A stretch of 28,711 nucleotides of DNA from Campylobacterota bacterium (GCA_034722955.1 JAYEOM010000139.1:1-28711), one strand, 5' to 3'; positions 8,120-19,500 are shown, numbered from the stretch's first letter. Numbers and translations: made by a program. Notes: a model not told the origin generated them from the letters alone.

Positions 8120-9772
8120 TTATGCACTATTTTTCTCTTGCACTCTTCTCTTGCAAGCTGCCACATCTATACAGAACATACCTCTACCTTTCTTGGCAGG
8201 TTTTAGTTCATCTATATTTTCATTGCCACATTTTTTGCACTTCTGATCATCTGATACGATGATCTCTTCAGCTTGTGGCACTTCTGGCTTCATAGCAGGG
8301 AAGAGTAGTACATCACGGATAGAGTGTTTGTTGGTGAGCATCATCACCAATCTATCGATACCTATCCCCTCTCCTGCTGTAGGTGTCATGCCGTAACTGA
8401 GTGCTTTGACATAGTCGGTATCCATATGCATCGCTTCATCATCATCTGTGGCATCTTTGGCAGCTACTTGTGACCGAAATCGCTCATATTGGTCGATGGG
8501 ATCGTTGAGTTCGCTGAATCCATTGGCGATCTCTTTTCCTGCGATGAAGAGTTCAAATCGCTCTGCAATCTCAGGATTGTCATCTGATCTTCTGGCAAGT
8601 GGTGAGATATCCACAGGAAAATCTGTGATAAAGGTAGGGTTGGTCAGCTTGCTTTCGACAAACTCATCAAAGAGTTCTGCCTGCAGATAGCCCAATGTCA
8701 AGTTCCTGTCTACTTTGATGTGATGCTCCGCTAGATACGCCAATGCTCTCTCTTTATCTATCGCAACATCAGCAGGTATGCCCCCTATCGTTGTCAACGC
8801 CTCAATATAAGGAATTTTTGCAAAAGGTGCAGAAAAGTCGATCTCCAGATCACCATAAGGAAGTACCTTGGGTAGCTCAAGCTTCTCAAAGAGTGACTCA
8901 AAAAGCTCTTCCGTGATCTCCATCAAATGTATATAGGTGTGGTATGCCCAGTAGAACTCTATCATGGTAAATTCAGGATTGTGGGTATGATCCATCCCCT
9001 CATTTCTAAAGTTACGGTTGATCTCAAAGACCGCTTCCATCCCCCCTACAACCAATCGCTTGAGATAGAGCTCAGGTGCTACACGCAGATACCTATCGAT
9101 ACCTAGTGCATTGTGGTGGGTAACAAATGGCTTGGCATTGGCTCCGCCGGGGATAGGGTGCATCATAGGTGTTTCAACTTCTAGGAATGACTTCTCTTCA
9201 AAAAATCTCCTGATCAGAGAGACTATACGGCTACGCATGATAAAGGTCTCTTTCACTTCAGGGTTGACGATCATGTCTAGATAGCGTTGACGATAACGAA
9301 GTTCATGGTCTTGCAATCCATGGAATTTTTCAGGCAGTGGAGAGATCGCTTTGCTGATGATTTCAAATCGCTTGCAGTGCAGAGTAAGTTCACCTGTTTG
9401 CGTCACAAAAGGATACCCCTCTACCAACACAATATCACCCACCTCAATCAACTTTTTGACTCTGTTGTAGTACCCCTCAGGAAGTTCATCTCTATTGTAG
9501 TAGATTTGGACTAAACCGTCACTATCTTCGAGTTTAGCAAAAGCCGCTTTACCCATGATACGGATAAACTTGAGTCTTCCGGTAAGGATATAAGATCTAC
9601 TATCATCCTTTTTTACATCTGCATCTATCTCTTTGATATAACTGCACTCTTCCAAAAATCTCTGTGAAGGGGTGCCTTTGGCGATCTGATTGGGGTATGG
9701 ATTGATACCCTCCTCTCTCAATATTTCTGTTTTTTTGATTCGTTCTTGAATGTATTGATTATCAAATAACAA
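8120..9772 (-). CDS. lysS: Lysine--tRNA ligase (class II) with C-terminal Cys4 extension
   Basis: OB-fold N-terminus, [41 protein letters not shown] start with AGGAGA RBS. Confidence 0.98.
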   Translation of the reverse strand: MLFDNQYIQERIKKTEILREEGINPYPNQIAKGTPSQRFLEECSYIKEIDADVKKDDSRSYILTGRLKFIRIMGKAAFAKLEDSDGLVQIYYNRDELPEGYYNRVKKLIEVGDIVLVEGYPFVTQTGELTLHCKRFEIISKAISPLPEKFHGLQDHELRYRQRYLDMIVNPEVKETFIMRSRIVSLIRRFFEEKSFLEVETPMMHPIPGGANAKPFVTHHNALGIDRYLRVAPELYLKRLVVGGMEAVFEINRNFRNEGMDHTHNPEFTMIEFYWAYHTYIHLMEITEELFESLFEKLELPKVLPYGDLEIDFSAPFAKIPYIEALTTIGGIPADVAIDKERALAYLAEHHIKVDRNLTLGYLQAELFDEFVESKLTNPTFITDFPVDISPLARRSDDNPEIAERFELFIAGKEIANGFSELNDPIDQYERFRSQVAAKDATDDDEAMHMDTDYVKALSYGMTPTAGEGIGIDRLVMMLTNKHSIRDVLLFPAMKPEVPQAEEIIVSDDQKCKKCGNENIDELKPAKKGRGMFCIDVAACKRRVQEKNSA

Positions 9773-9793
9773 TGTTTCTCCTGCGTGGTGTGA

Positions 9794-10261
9794 TTAGTTT
9801 TTTGGGGTGGTCTTATCTATTTTTTGCTGACAAACTTCACAGATACCTGTGATATTCATAGTGTGATCAGTCATCTTGAAGTTGAACTTTATAGCTATCT
9901 CCTCTTGAAGTTTCTCTATCGTCTCATCATGAAACTCTATGAGCATACCGCATTGAGTACAGATCAGGTGGTCATGATGCTCTTTTAGGGCAAGCTCATA
10001 TTTTTTGCCTTTAGCACCAAAAGATAGAGAGTTTACGATATCTGACTCTTCGAGAAGTCCTAGTGTTCTATAGACTGTAGCGATACCGATAGTAAGATCG
10101 GGATACTCTTTTTTGATCAAATTATAGAGATCCTCCGGGGTGAAGTGATCTTCATGATCATATAGTGTTTTGAGTACCAACTCTCTCTGTCTAGTAAACT
10201 TGAGACTATTGGCTTTGAGCAGTTGCTTAAACTCTTCGAGAAGCGTAATATAGGGTGTCAT
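9794..10261 (-). CDS. fur: Fur-family transcriptional regulator
   Basis: IGIATVYRTL helix, EHHDHLICTQCG and CEVC; cvpA-fur-lysS synteny. Confidence 0.93.
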   Translation of the reverse strand: MTPYITLLEEFKQLLKANSLKFTRQRELVLKTLYDHEDHFTPEDLYNLIKKEYPDLTIGIATVYRTLGLLEESDIVNSLSFGAKGKKYELALKEHHDHLICTQCGMLIEFHDETIEKLQEEIAIKFNFKMTDHTMNITGICEVCQQKIDKTTPKN

Positions 10262-10269
10262 TTGACTCT

Positions 10270-10884
10270 CTAGTCATTTTTATTTAGATTTTTATCTATA
10301 GTACTCAGGTTTATATCCATGGATGATGCAGGAGAGGATGTAGAGACTACTGATGAACTGTTTTTGTCTTCAAGCAACAGAGAGTCAGGGTCGATATTGA
10401 TCAGAAAAGAGCCTGCATCTTTAAGATATGGGTAGAGTAGACTGCTATCGACATATTTCCCTAGGTTGTCTTTAACTAGCGTTACATTGGAGAGTGCAGT
10501 AACGATCAATGCAAAAATCAAAAAATATTTCCCTCCTCCAACAACAAAGCCAAAAAGAGCATTGAAAAAACCAAGTCCGCTAGCTTGGGTGAGCCTCGAA
10601 AAGATAGATCCTATGGCGACCGCTACTATCCATATGATAGCAAGAATAGCAATAAATCCCAACATATTCAATGCAGCTGTATTTTCAAGATGATAGAGAT
10701 TTTTATCTATATAATCTCCTGCCTGTTCAGCAGTGCGTGATGCGATATAGACACCGCCAACTAGTCCAATAAGACCAAACAACTCTTTGATGAAGCCATT
10801 CATCATGCCTTTGATACCCAATATGACTACGATAGAACCTATCGTAACATCAAAATAGTTAAAGTCGAGTGTACTGATATCCAT
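10270..10884 (-). CDS. cvpA: Colicin V production (CvpA) family membrane protein
   Basis: GMMNGFIKELFGLIGLVGG and LGFFNALFGFVVG; four TM helices. Confidence 0.9.
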   Translation of the reverse strand: MDISTLDFNYFDVTIGSIVVILGIKGMMNGFIKELFGLIGLVGGVYIASRTAEQAGDYIDKNLYHLENTAALNMLGFIAILAIIWIVAVAIGSIFSRLTQASGLGFFNALFGFVVGGGKYFLIFALIVTALSNVTLVKDNLGKYVDSSLLYPYLKDAGSFLINIDPDSLLLEDKNSSSVVSTSSPASSMDINLSTIDKNLNKND

Positions 10885-10955
10885 CTGCTCTTCTGCCTTT
10901 TTTTAATTTATTTTTCTCATATTTTCTATATTATATCCAAGTTGCCTTATGAGTC

Positions 10956-12020
10956 TTAATAATTGAGAGCCTTCATCACCTCATCTGGTTTATTGGAAAA
11001 TTGAATAGCATGCTCTTTAGAGATAACACCATCTTTTACATATTTGAGCATTACTTGTGTCTGTGTCTGCATGCCAGTTTCACCCTGCCCTAACTGCATC
11101 TGTGAATAGAGCTGATGGACTTTGTCCTCTCTGATCAAGTTGGCGATCGCATGATTTGTAGTAAGTATCTCCGGTATTGCAACACGACCACCTCCTATTT
11201 TTGGTAGTAGAGCTTGTGCGATAATAGCAACAAGTGATGTAGAGATCATCGCTCTGATCTGCGGCTGCTCATCACCTGTAAATACATCGATGATACGGTT
11301 GATTGTTCCTGGTGCAGAAGAGGTATGAAGCGTACCAAAGACTAGGTGACCTGTCTCTGCTGCTGTCAATCCTGCTTCGATAGTCTCTTTATCACGCATC
11401 TCCCCGATCAGGATGATATCTGGATCCTGACGCATTGCAAACTTGAGAGCTGCTGAGAAGCTTTGGGTATCTTCACCTACCCCTCTATGAGAGAAGACAG
11501 ATTTTTTATTGGTATGGATAAATTCCACCGGATCCTCAACTGTGATAATATGCTTATGCTCTTCTTGATTGATCTCATTGATCATCGCTGCAAGTGTTGT
11601 CGACTTACCAGATCCTGTAGGTCCGGTAACCAATATAAGACCCTTCTCTCTCTGGATGAGCTTTTTATATATCTCTGGAGCGTTGAGGTCATCAAGTGAA
11701 GGGATTTTGATAGGAATAGTTCTAAATGCAGCTGCTGTATCACCGAGCGTACGGTAAAAGTTGGCTCTAAATCGTCCGACACCCGGCAGGAGAATAGCAA
11801 AGTCAAGCTCATCATGCTCTTCAAAAGCTTGTTTTTGCTTTTCAGTGATCAAAGAGTAGCACATCTCTTCTATATCATCACCGGTCATTACGGGTAAATT
11901 AACTGGCTTAAGTGAACCATCCAAACGAATCTGTGGCTCACTACGACTCACTAGGTGAAGGTCGGAAGCCCCATGACTTACGACACTCTGAAGCAATTTT
12001 TTTATATTGAAATCTGACAT
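10956..12020 (-). CDS. pilT: PilT/PilU family ATPase
   Basis: ASDLHL, Walker A GPTGSGKS, EDPVE, RQDPDIILIGEMRD, TGHLVFGTLHT, ANLIRE. Confidence 0.95.
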   Translation of the reverse strand: MSDFNIKKLLQSVVSHGASDLHLVSRSEPQIRLDGSLKPVNLPVMTGDDIEEMCYSLITEKQKQAFEEHDELDFAILLPGVGRFRANFYRTLGDTAAAFRTIPIKIPSLDDLNAPEIYKKLIQREKGLILVTGPTGSGKSTTLAAMINEINQEEHKHIITVEDPVEFIHTNKKSVFSHRGVGEDTQSFSAALKFAMRQDPDIILIGEMRDKETIEAGLTAAETGHLVFGTLHTSSAPGTINRIIDVFTGDEQPQIRAMISTSLVAIIAQALLPKIGGGRVAIPEILTTNHAIANLIREDKVHQLYSQMQLGQGETGMQTQTQVMLKYVKDGVISKEHAIQFSNKPDEVMKALNY

Positions 12021-12041
12021 ACTCTTCTCCTTGGTTTAATT

Positions 12042-12338
12042 TTACTCTATAATCGCAGGGACAACAAAAAAATCATCACTGCTTTGGGGAGCATGCTCCA
12101 AGATACTATTTGATACAGTTGGGTTACTCTCTGCTCTATCTTCACGCATAGGTGTACCACCATCTAGTGTTGAGAATGAAGCATCCAGTGAGGAGGTATC
12201 TAACTCAGAGAGATTCTCTACATATGAGACGATCTCTGTAAGTTGTCCGATGATCTCCTCTTTCTTTGCTTCATCAATATGAAGATGTGAAAGCTTTTCC
12301 AATTTTGTCAAAACAGTGTTATCTATCTGCACAGGCAT
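12042..12338 (-). CDS. gatC: Asp/Glu-tRNA amidotransferase subunit C
   Basis: KLEKLSHL...YVENLSELDT...PMRED...FFVVPAIIE. Confidence 0.93.
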   Translation of the reverse strand: MPVQIDNTVLTKLEKLSHLHIDEAKKEEIIGQLTEIVSYVENLSELDTSSLDASFSTLDGGTPMREDRAESNPTVSNSILEHAPQSSDDFFVVPAIIE

Positions 12339-12431
12339 CCTTTATTTTCTTATAGATATGATCGGTATCATTATATATTAATTCTCTTTAAGATATAACC
12401 ATAAAGAATAAACAGTTAAATAGGAGTAGAT

Positions 12432-12776
12432 ATGATGCAACAAATTGATATGGCTTCGGAAGAGTTTTTGCGAGAGCTTGAAAAGACTAAAAAATTTACA
12501 GATAAAGTGTGTAAGCAGTTTGGCTGGGAGTACCACCCAAATCATGATGTCACCGAAGGTGTGACGCTAGGGCTTGCTAGACACAAGATACTATATGGGA
12601 GGCGTTTTTGCCCATGTTACATGGTACTAGAGGATCCTGAGAATCTTGACAAACACATCAGTGCAGATAACCGAATCTGTCCCTGTCCTCAAGCGATCAA
12701 TGATGAGCTGCCCAATGAAGGCAAATGTCACTGCGGTATTTTTTGTACTCCAGAGTATGTTGAAGCCAACAAATAA
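12432..12776 (+). CDS. Ferredoxin-thioredoxin reductase catalytic subunit family protein
   Basis: CPC, CPC and CHC motifs; AGGAG RBS. Confidence 0.9.
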   Translation: MMQQIDMASEEFLRELEKTKKFTDKVCKQFGWEYHPNHDVTEGVTLGLARHKILYGRRFCPCYMVLEDPENLDKHISADNRICPCPQAINDELPNEGKCHCGIFCTPEYVEANK

Positions 12777-12802
12777 TATTTAAACCAAGGACGAGATAGC
12801 AG

Positions 12803-13150
12803 ATGAGTAGATTATTGGAACAGAGTATAGTGAGTTCAGAAGAGCTAGAGGAGCTACTGAGAGAGCGAGCTGAAGGCAAGGTGGATTTTTTACTCATTGA
12901 TGTCCGTGAAGATATGGAATACAAGATCAGTCATATAGTTGGTGTCGATCTACTGAAACCTACTTCAGCATTTCAAGATTGGGGAGATGGATTTCTCAGA
13001 GAGACAAAAGATCAAATTGTTATATTTACCTGTCGTACAGATTTTAGAAGTGGTAGAATCCAAAATAGCTTCAAGCAAAATGGACATACTAATGTTCTAA
13101 ATCACTCTGGTGGTATTGTCTCTTATCGTGGCGAAATAGAGAGAGGATGA
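12803..13150 (+). CDS. Single-domain rhodanese (sulfurtransferase)
   Basis: LIDVRE..EY..SHI, active-site loop CRTDFRS, and GGI. Confidence 0.9.
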   Translation: MSRLLEQSIVSSEELEELLRERAEGKVDFLLIDVREDMEYKISHIVGVDLLKPTSAFQDWGDGFLRETKDQIVIFTCRTDFRSGRIQNSFKQNGHTNVLNHSGGIVSYRGEIERG

Positions 13151-14256
13151 TGCAGACAGTAGATCTTTTTATCAAACTATTAAGTTATGAGTCTGTTACT
13201 CCTGAAGATGCAGGGTCATTAGCCTTTATCGAAGAGTATCTAGATGGGTACGATGCTATATGGAGAAATGAGGGTGGTGTTAAAAATCTCTTTCTTTATA
13301 AACGATTTTCGCAAGGTCCTCACCTCTGTTTTGCAGGACATGTTGATGTCGTTCCGGCAGGTGAAGGGTGGTCAAGCAATCCTTTTGTCCCTCTTATCAG
13401 AGATGGAGTGATCACTGCACGAGGTACACAGGATATGAAGAGTGGAGTAGCAGCATTTGTGCAGGCTATGAAAGTGACTGAGGAGTTTTGCGGTACACTC
13501 TCTCTACTCTTGACTAGCGATGAGGAGGGAGATGCGAAATACGGCACCAAGATCATGCTCGAACACTTAAAGTCGATAGAGTTTCTGCCTGACTATAGTA
13601 TCGTTGCTGAACCAACTTGCGACAGAGTATTTGGAGACTCCATCAAAATAGGACGAAGAGGTTCTATCAATGGAGTGATTCAAAAGCATGGCAAGCAGGG
13701 ACATGCTGCATACCCTGAAAAATCTATCAATCCCATCCACAAAGTAGCACAGATATTGCCTAAACTTGCAGGAATCAATCTCGATGAGGGGGATGAGCAT
13801 TTTTCTCCTAGTCAATTCGTCATAACAGATATTCGTGCAGGGATGGAGGTGACCAATGTAACCCCAGGAAAACTCAAGATGATGTTCAATGTTCGCAACT
13901 CGACCAAGACCAATACAGAAGATGTCAAAGTGTTGATAGATCGATACTTTGATGGTATGAATTATGATCTTGAGATCAACCAATCCTCAAAACCTTTCTT
14001 GACCAATCCCAATACAGCTGTAGTCAAAACACTCGATAGTGCAATAGAGTCTATTTGCGGTATCAAGCCTCAGCACTCAACTGCCGGAGGTACTAGTGAC
14101 GCACGCTTTCTAGCTGAATTTGGTGTAGAGGCTGTAGAGTTTGGTGTGATAAATGACTCTATACACGCACCAAATGAACATACAACTATAGATGAAGTTG
14201 AAAAACTTCATCTAATATTTTGTGAAACAATCAAAAACTTCAAGGATGACAAATGA
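13147..14256 (+). CDS. dapE: Succinyl-diaminopimelate desuccinylase
   Basis: FAGHVDVVP, RGTQDMKSG, TSDEEG, GRRGS, GHAAYP, GGTSDARF, IHAPNE. Confidence 0.96.
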   Translation: MMQTVDLFIKLLSYESVTPEDAGSLAFIEEYLDGYDAIWRNEGGVKNLFLYKRFSQGPHLCFAGHVDVVPAGEGWSSNPFVPLIRDGVITARGTQDMKSGVAAFVQAMKVTEEFCGTLSLLLTSDEEGDAKYGTKIMLEHLKSIEFLPDYSIVAEPTCDRVFGDSIKIGRRGSINGVIQKHGKQGHAAYPEKSINPIHKVAQILPKLAGINLDEGDEHFSPSQFVITDIRAGMEVTNVTPGKLKMMFNVRNSTKTNTEDVKVLIDRYFDGMNYDLEINQSSKPFLTNPNTAVVKTLDSAIESICGIKPQHSTAGGTSDARFLAEFGVEAVEFGVINDSIHAPNEHTTIDEVEKLHLIFCETIKNFKDDK

Positions 14257-14660
14257 AGCGACTACTATTAGGCTGGATACTATTGACCACTCTATTTTGG
14301 AGTACTCAGCTTGGTGCAGGGCAGTTGCATTGGGAAAAAAACCTACAAACAGCTTTTCACAAAGCAAAAACAGAGAGTAGACCATTGATGGTGATGGTAG
14401 AGAGTAAAAGCTGCCGATGGTGTGTCAAGATGAAGAAGCGTACACTGGAAGATAGCAGCATAAGCAAGCGTCTAGAGAAGTTTGTATTGGTCAAGATCGA
14501 TAGAGATGAGGTGTCATCTCCTGATATTCCCTATGCCAAATATGTCCCCACTATATACTTCATGACTCCAAACAAGAAGATATTGGAGCGGGTTACCGGA
14601 TATTTCAATGTGGGTGATTTCAACAGCTGGATAGATGATGCCCAGTCAAAACTCAAATAG
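14253..14660 (+). CDS. Exported thioredoxin-fold protein (SoxW/DsbD-like)
   Basis: Signal peptide, CRWC active site, VPT cis-Pro loop. Confidence 0.85.
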   Translation: MKRLLLGWILLTTLFWSTQLGAGQLHWEKNLQTAFHKAKTESRPLMVMVESKSCRWCVKMKKRTLEDSSISKRLEKFVLVKIDRDEVSSPDIPYAKYVPTIYFMTPNKKILERVTGYFNVGDFNSWIDDAQSKLK

Positions 14661-14871
14661 ATAGCAGAAAAATTGATCAACTAAATAATATTTTTTTATC
14701 GATTAGTAGCATCACTATAACTAAAGTAGAAATTATTTATTTATTTCTTCCTATATCATTATATTTTAATCCAAAAACCAATACACTAAAGCCAAGGCAA
14801 ATGCCCTTGAGGTCGCACTTAAGAGGCACTTATAAGCATTATAAGCTTATGCTAAAATTCAAGGAGGAAGC

Positions 14872-15633
14872 ATGAAACTAGGTTTCTTGGTTGACCTAAA
14901 CCTGTGTATGGGGTGTAAAGGTTGTGAAGTCGCATGTAAAGTGGAAAATGAAGTTCCATTGAGCTCTTGGCGTCTGCGTGTCAAATATATCGATATAGGA
15001 ACATTCCCAGATGCATCGAGAAATTTTACACCACTACGCTGCAATCATTGTGAAAATGCACCGTGTGAACGAATCTGTCCAGTCTCAGCACTGCATTATC
15101 TGGAAAACGGTATTGTCAATATAGACAATAAGAGATGTATCGGCTGTGCAGGGTGCATGATGGCTTGCCCTTATGGTGCTATCTATATGGATCCCGAAAC
15201 AAATACGGCTGACAAATGTACCTACTGTGCACACCGTATAGAGAGTGGAATGATGCCGGCATGTGTGGTAGCTTGTCCCGTTGAAGCCAATATATTTGGT
15301 GATGTTGAGGATGATACAAGTCACATCGCACGCTACATTATGGAGCATCAAGGTGCCGTTCAAGTCCGAAAACCTGAAAAGCATACAGATCCCAAACACT
15401 ACTATGTTGGTGGCGGAAATCAGACACTCAATCCTCTAGCACATGAGAGAATCGAAGGGTATGGGCTATTTAACAAGATTACTCACCTAGAGCATGTTGG
15501 AGATCCTCACCATAGTATACTTGATAGATTCCTTGCTCCATTTGCCAGTCATGGTGAAACAGACAACAGAAGTTTTATGGATTTTGACCAGAGTAAAGCA
15601 GAAGAGTCGCATGAACATAAAGGAGGTCACTGA
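14872..15633 (+). CDS. psrB: 4Fe-4S electron-transfer subunit (PsrB/NrfC/DmsB family)
   Basis: CMGCKGCEVAC, CNHCENAPCERICP, CIGCAGCMMACP and KCTYC...PACVVACP; AAGGAGG RBS. The gene symbol is inferred from operon context. Confidence 0.85.
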   Translation: MKLGFLVDLNLCMGCKGCEVACKVENEVPLSSWRLRVKYIDIGTFPDASRNFTPLRCNHCENAPCERICPVSALHYLENGIVNIDNKRCIGCAGCMMACPYGAIYMDPETNTADKCTYCAHRIESGMMPACVVACPVEANIFGDVEDDTSHIARYIMEHQGAVQVRKPEKHTDPKHYYVGGGNQTLNPLAHERIEGYGLFNKITHLEHVGDPHHSILDRFLAPFASHGETDNRSFMDFDQSKAEESHEHKGGH

Positions 15634-16580
15634 TGGTAGAGCATGGTATTGATGCAACACACGCTATTGTTACGATGGATGTAGCGATTCCCGGGATTAT
15701 CTGGGGGTGGATGATTACTTTAAATATGTGGGCAAAAAGTATCGGTACAGGTGTTATCCTGATCGGTGCTTATCTGCTCTATAGGCACAAAAAAGAGGAT
15801 ATGCCAAATCTTAGGTGGATGATGCCGTTGATATCATTTATAGCTTTGAATGTTTTCCTACTATTTACACTGGTAGATCTTCATCAGCCACTAAGGATGG
15901 TCAACATATTCTTGCACCCAAACTGGACTTCAGCTATTACAGTGGGAGCTTGGATGGCATCACTCTTTACCCTCTTGATCACTCTCATGATGGTGATCGG
16001 CGTATTGGATGCCTTCCCTGATGTTGCCAGACACAACGGCTTGGCAAAAAGTGCTAGAGAACATAGTCCATTTTATGAAAAGATCTTTCCATTTGTTATC
16101 TTTTTGGCGATTCCTGTGACACTCTATACGGCTATTATTATGGCAGAGTCAAGTGCTAGGGATCTATGGCAAGCACCGACAGAGATGATGCAGATGCTGC
16201 TAGCTGCTTTTATGGCTGGTTCTGCGGCACTGATCTTGATATCAGACTCTTGGAGCAGGGAGGCTAGAAAAGATTTGGCTCTGGTACTATCTATGGCAGT
16301 CTTCTTTAGCTTTATGATGTATATGGGCGAGTACTTCTTCTCCTTCAAATCAGCAGAGGCAGAAGCGACACTAGCATATGTCCATGCAGGCGGAGAGTAC
16401 AGTGTAGAGTTTTGGATGGCTATGGCTCTAGGATTTATTATCCCGTTCTTCCTCGGTACATCCGTGATGAAGAGTGACAACAAGACACTGTTGAGATTTG
16501 CTGCTATTTTGACATTGGTTGGGCTATATATGGCAAAAGATGTTTGGCTCAAAATCCCACAAATGTTACCGTTAAGTTAA
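15633..16580 (+). CDS. psrC: NrfD/PsrC family membrane anchor
   Basis: About 8 TM helices, DLHQPLR and SAITVGAW motifs; TGATG coupling to the upstream gene. The symbol is inferred from context. Confidence 0.85.
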   Translation: MVEHGIDATHAIVTMDVAIPGIIWGWMITLNMWAKSIGTGVILIGAYLLYRHKKEDMPNLRWMMPLISFIALNVFLLFTLVDLHQPLRMVNIFLHPNWTSAITVGAWMASLFTLLITLMMVIGVLDAFPDVARHNGLAKSAREHSPFYEKIFPFVIFLAIPVTLYTAIIMAESSARDLWQAPTEMMQMLLAAFMAGSAALILISDSWSREARKDLALVLSMAVFFSFMMYMGEYFFSFKSAEAEATLAYVHAGGEYSVEFWMAMALGFIIPFFLGTSVMKSDNKTLLRFAAILTLVGLYMAKDVWLKIPQMLPLS

Positions 16581-16593
16581 GAAGGAGATATTA

Positions 16594-19500
16594 ATGACAA
16601 AATCTATGAATAGTGACAAACCTTCGTTTATCGAAAGTAGAAGAACTTTCCTCAAAGGTACAGCGTATACTGTAGCTGGTGCTGCATTGGCAAAGGGTGT
16701 ATTTGAAACGATTGCAGATACACCGGCTGTAGCTGACAGCAAGTTTACTCCGACACCTAAAACACTTGCATTTTATCCACCTCTAGAGGAGTGGGATAGC
16801 TTTACAGAGTTAGATGGAAATGACTGGAAGAGAGGAGGCACAGGCAGAAAAGGTGTACAGAGTGAAAGCAATCCTGATGGCATCAAAGCTACAGAGTACA
16901 TGTTAGTACCAACATCTTGCTCCAACTGTGAAGCCTCATGCGGATTGACTGCTTGGGTTGATATCGGTCTCTATAAAAAATCTCAAGATCCACGAGATCT
17001 CAAAGTCCGTAAATACATGGGCAATCCGCTTCACGCAGGTAGCCGTGGACGGAACTGTGCAAAAGGATACGCAAGCCAATCACAGATGTATGATCCTGAT
17101 CGTATCCCTTTCCCACTCAAAAGAGCTCCCGGCTCCAAGAGAGGAGAGGGCAAATGGGTCAGAACCACTTGGGAGAGTGCTATGTCCGAGATCGGCAAAA
17201 AGATGAATGATACACTCAAAGGTGGTGATGAAATTTCTCGAAAGTCTATCATGTATCATGTCGGTCGTCCAAATGAAAATGGCTTTGGTCACCGCGTACC
17301 ACACTCTATGGGTTGTGATGGATATGATTCACATACCAATATATGCTCTGCAGGTGCTAGACAAGGTACGATCCAGTGGAGCAATGATGACAGAAACAAT
17401 CCAGACTGGGCAAATGCAAAGTTGATATTTCTTCAATCTTCTCATGCGGCAGATGCAGGACACTACTTCCAGCAGGCAGCAGGGGCGATTGCTGATGCTA
17501 GAAGAAAAGGTGCCAAACTTGTTGTCATGGATCCTAGAATGTCAAACTCTGCCGGTATGGCAGACCTCTGGGTACCTGTTTGGCCGGGGACAGAGACAGC
17601 ACTATATCTCTATCTCGCCAACCGCATCCTGAATGAAAAAGGTTTAGATGGCAAGAGCCAAGTTGATCATGCTTTTGTCAAAAACTGGGTAAACTGGGAT
17701 CGCCTGATGGCAGACAAAGAGTATCTTGGATACCTCGTCGAAAAGGGTTATATCAAATCTGTACCAGAGGGCAACAGCTATCAGGATTTCATCACTATGA
17801 TATCTGAAATGTATAGCCCATATACACTAGACTTTGTCACCAAAGAGTGTCGTATCGAAGCTAGAATAGTTGAAAAACTATATGATATGTTTATCGATGC
17901 AGGTGATAGGGTTGTTACTTATATCTGGAGGGCAGGACCTATCGCACATAGAGGCGGATGGATGATAGCAAGATCTGCTTTCTTGCCGTTTGTACTTCGT
18001 GGTGCTATGTCCGGTGATGAGGGGACTGTCGGTCTCCACCACTGGTCTGTCATCTCTGTCAATGGCAAGGGTGATGCAGCTGCTCAAGCAGGCGTGAGAC
18101 CTCCGAGAGTAGATGTATGGAATGAGATAGCGTGGCCACCTGAGTATCCGCTCAGCACTTATGAGATGAGCCATATCATGCCACACCTCTTGATGGATGA
18201 TGCTTGGCAGAAAAAGTGGGCAGACAAAGGGTTGACCTCTATTCCTAAAAAATTAGCTGTCTGGATCCCTAGAATGTACAACCCTGTCTGGATAAATCCT
18301 GACGGATTTAGATGGATTGAGGCACTCAAGAGAGAAGATAAGATTGAGATGAGTTTCAATCTCTCTCCTACTTGGTCAGAGACCAACTGGTATTGTGACT
18401 ATGTACTCCCTGTAGGGTTAGCCGGAGAGAGACATGATCAGCATTCAGAAGCTACAAGACCAGCTAGATGGCTGAGCTTTAGAAATCCTGCCTTGAGAGT
18501 CGCTCTCGAAAAGATGGGATGGAAACCTGAAGATCCAACCAGAGCAACACTCGAAGCACATGTGAAAGCCGGTCTTGGTGAAGTGTGGGAAGAGGTAGAG
18601 TTCTGGGCAAATATCATGGTTCACCATGTAGATCCTGATGGTTCTCTAGGTGTCAGAAAATACTGGGCATCCAAAGAGGATCCTAGCAGAGCAGTAACTA
18701 TCCCCGAGTGGTACCAAGCGGCGTTTGATAAACTTCCAAATCTAAAAAAAGCAGCAAAAGCGGCTTATCCTGATTCGAAGTATCCAAACTATGAGATGAT
18801 GAGAGATCGTGGTACTTGGCTAGAAGAGGACAATATCTATAGACCTCAAGAGAGAGATCTCCACAAAAAAGATGGCAAATACATTTCACACGGTCATGAG
18901 TACTCTGAGGGTGATGTAGAAAAAGATGAGTATGGTGCACTTCTTGTAGATGATCATGTATTTGGCGGTAAAAAAGCTATAGGTATAGAGGTTGATGGTG
19001 GGTTGAAAAAGGGCTTCCATACACTAAGCCGTAAACTTGAGTTCTACTCAGAGTGGTTCAAAGAGTGGAAGTGGCCTGAATATGCTATACCTATCTACCC
19101 GAAGAGCAGAGAAGAGCGTGAAAAGATGGTACATGTAGTCAGCCATGTACACCATGACTTTATGGAGAAGGATAACGAGTTCGCACTCAATACCGTCTAT
19201 AGATTGTCGTACAATATTCATACCCGTTCAGTCAACTCTAAACATTTGATGGAGATTTCACAAAACCACAACCCAGTCTGGATCAATACCCAAGATGCCA
19301 AACGATTGGGGATCAAGCGTGGTGATGCGATAAAATGTACCATTACAGATACTGTCTCGGGTCTTGAGTCTGGCTACTTTGTCGCTATGGCAGTCCCTAC
19401 AGAGGGTACGATGCCAGGTGTCACAGCCTGTTCTCACCATGCCGGACGATGGAAGCTCAAAAATGCTGTTGAGATCCACGGTTTTGAGCAGAAGCTAGGT

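Noticed and set aside
10956..12020. PilT without other type IV pilus genes
   Set aside because: A lone pilT beside gatC is an ordinary arrangement in this lineage.
14850..14858. TGCTAAAAT as an extended -10 for the molybdoenzyme operon
   Set aside because: Too close to the RBS: a transcript from it would start inside the Shine-Dalgarno sequence.
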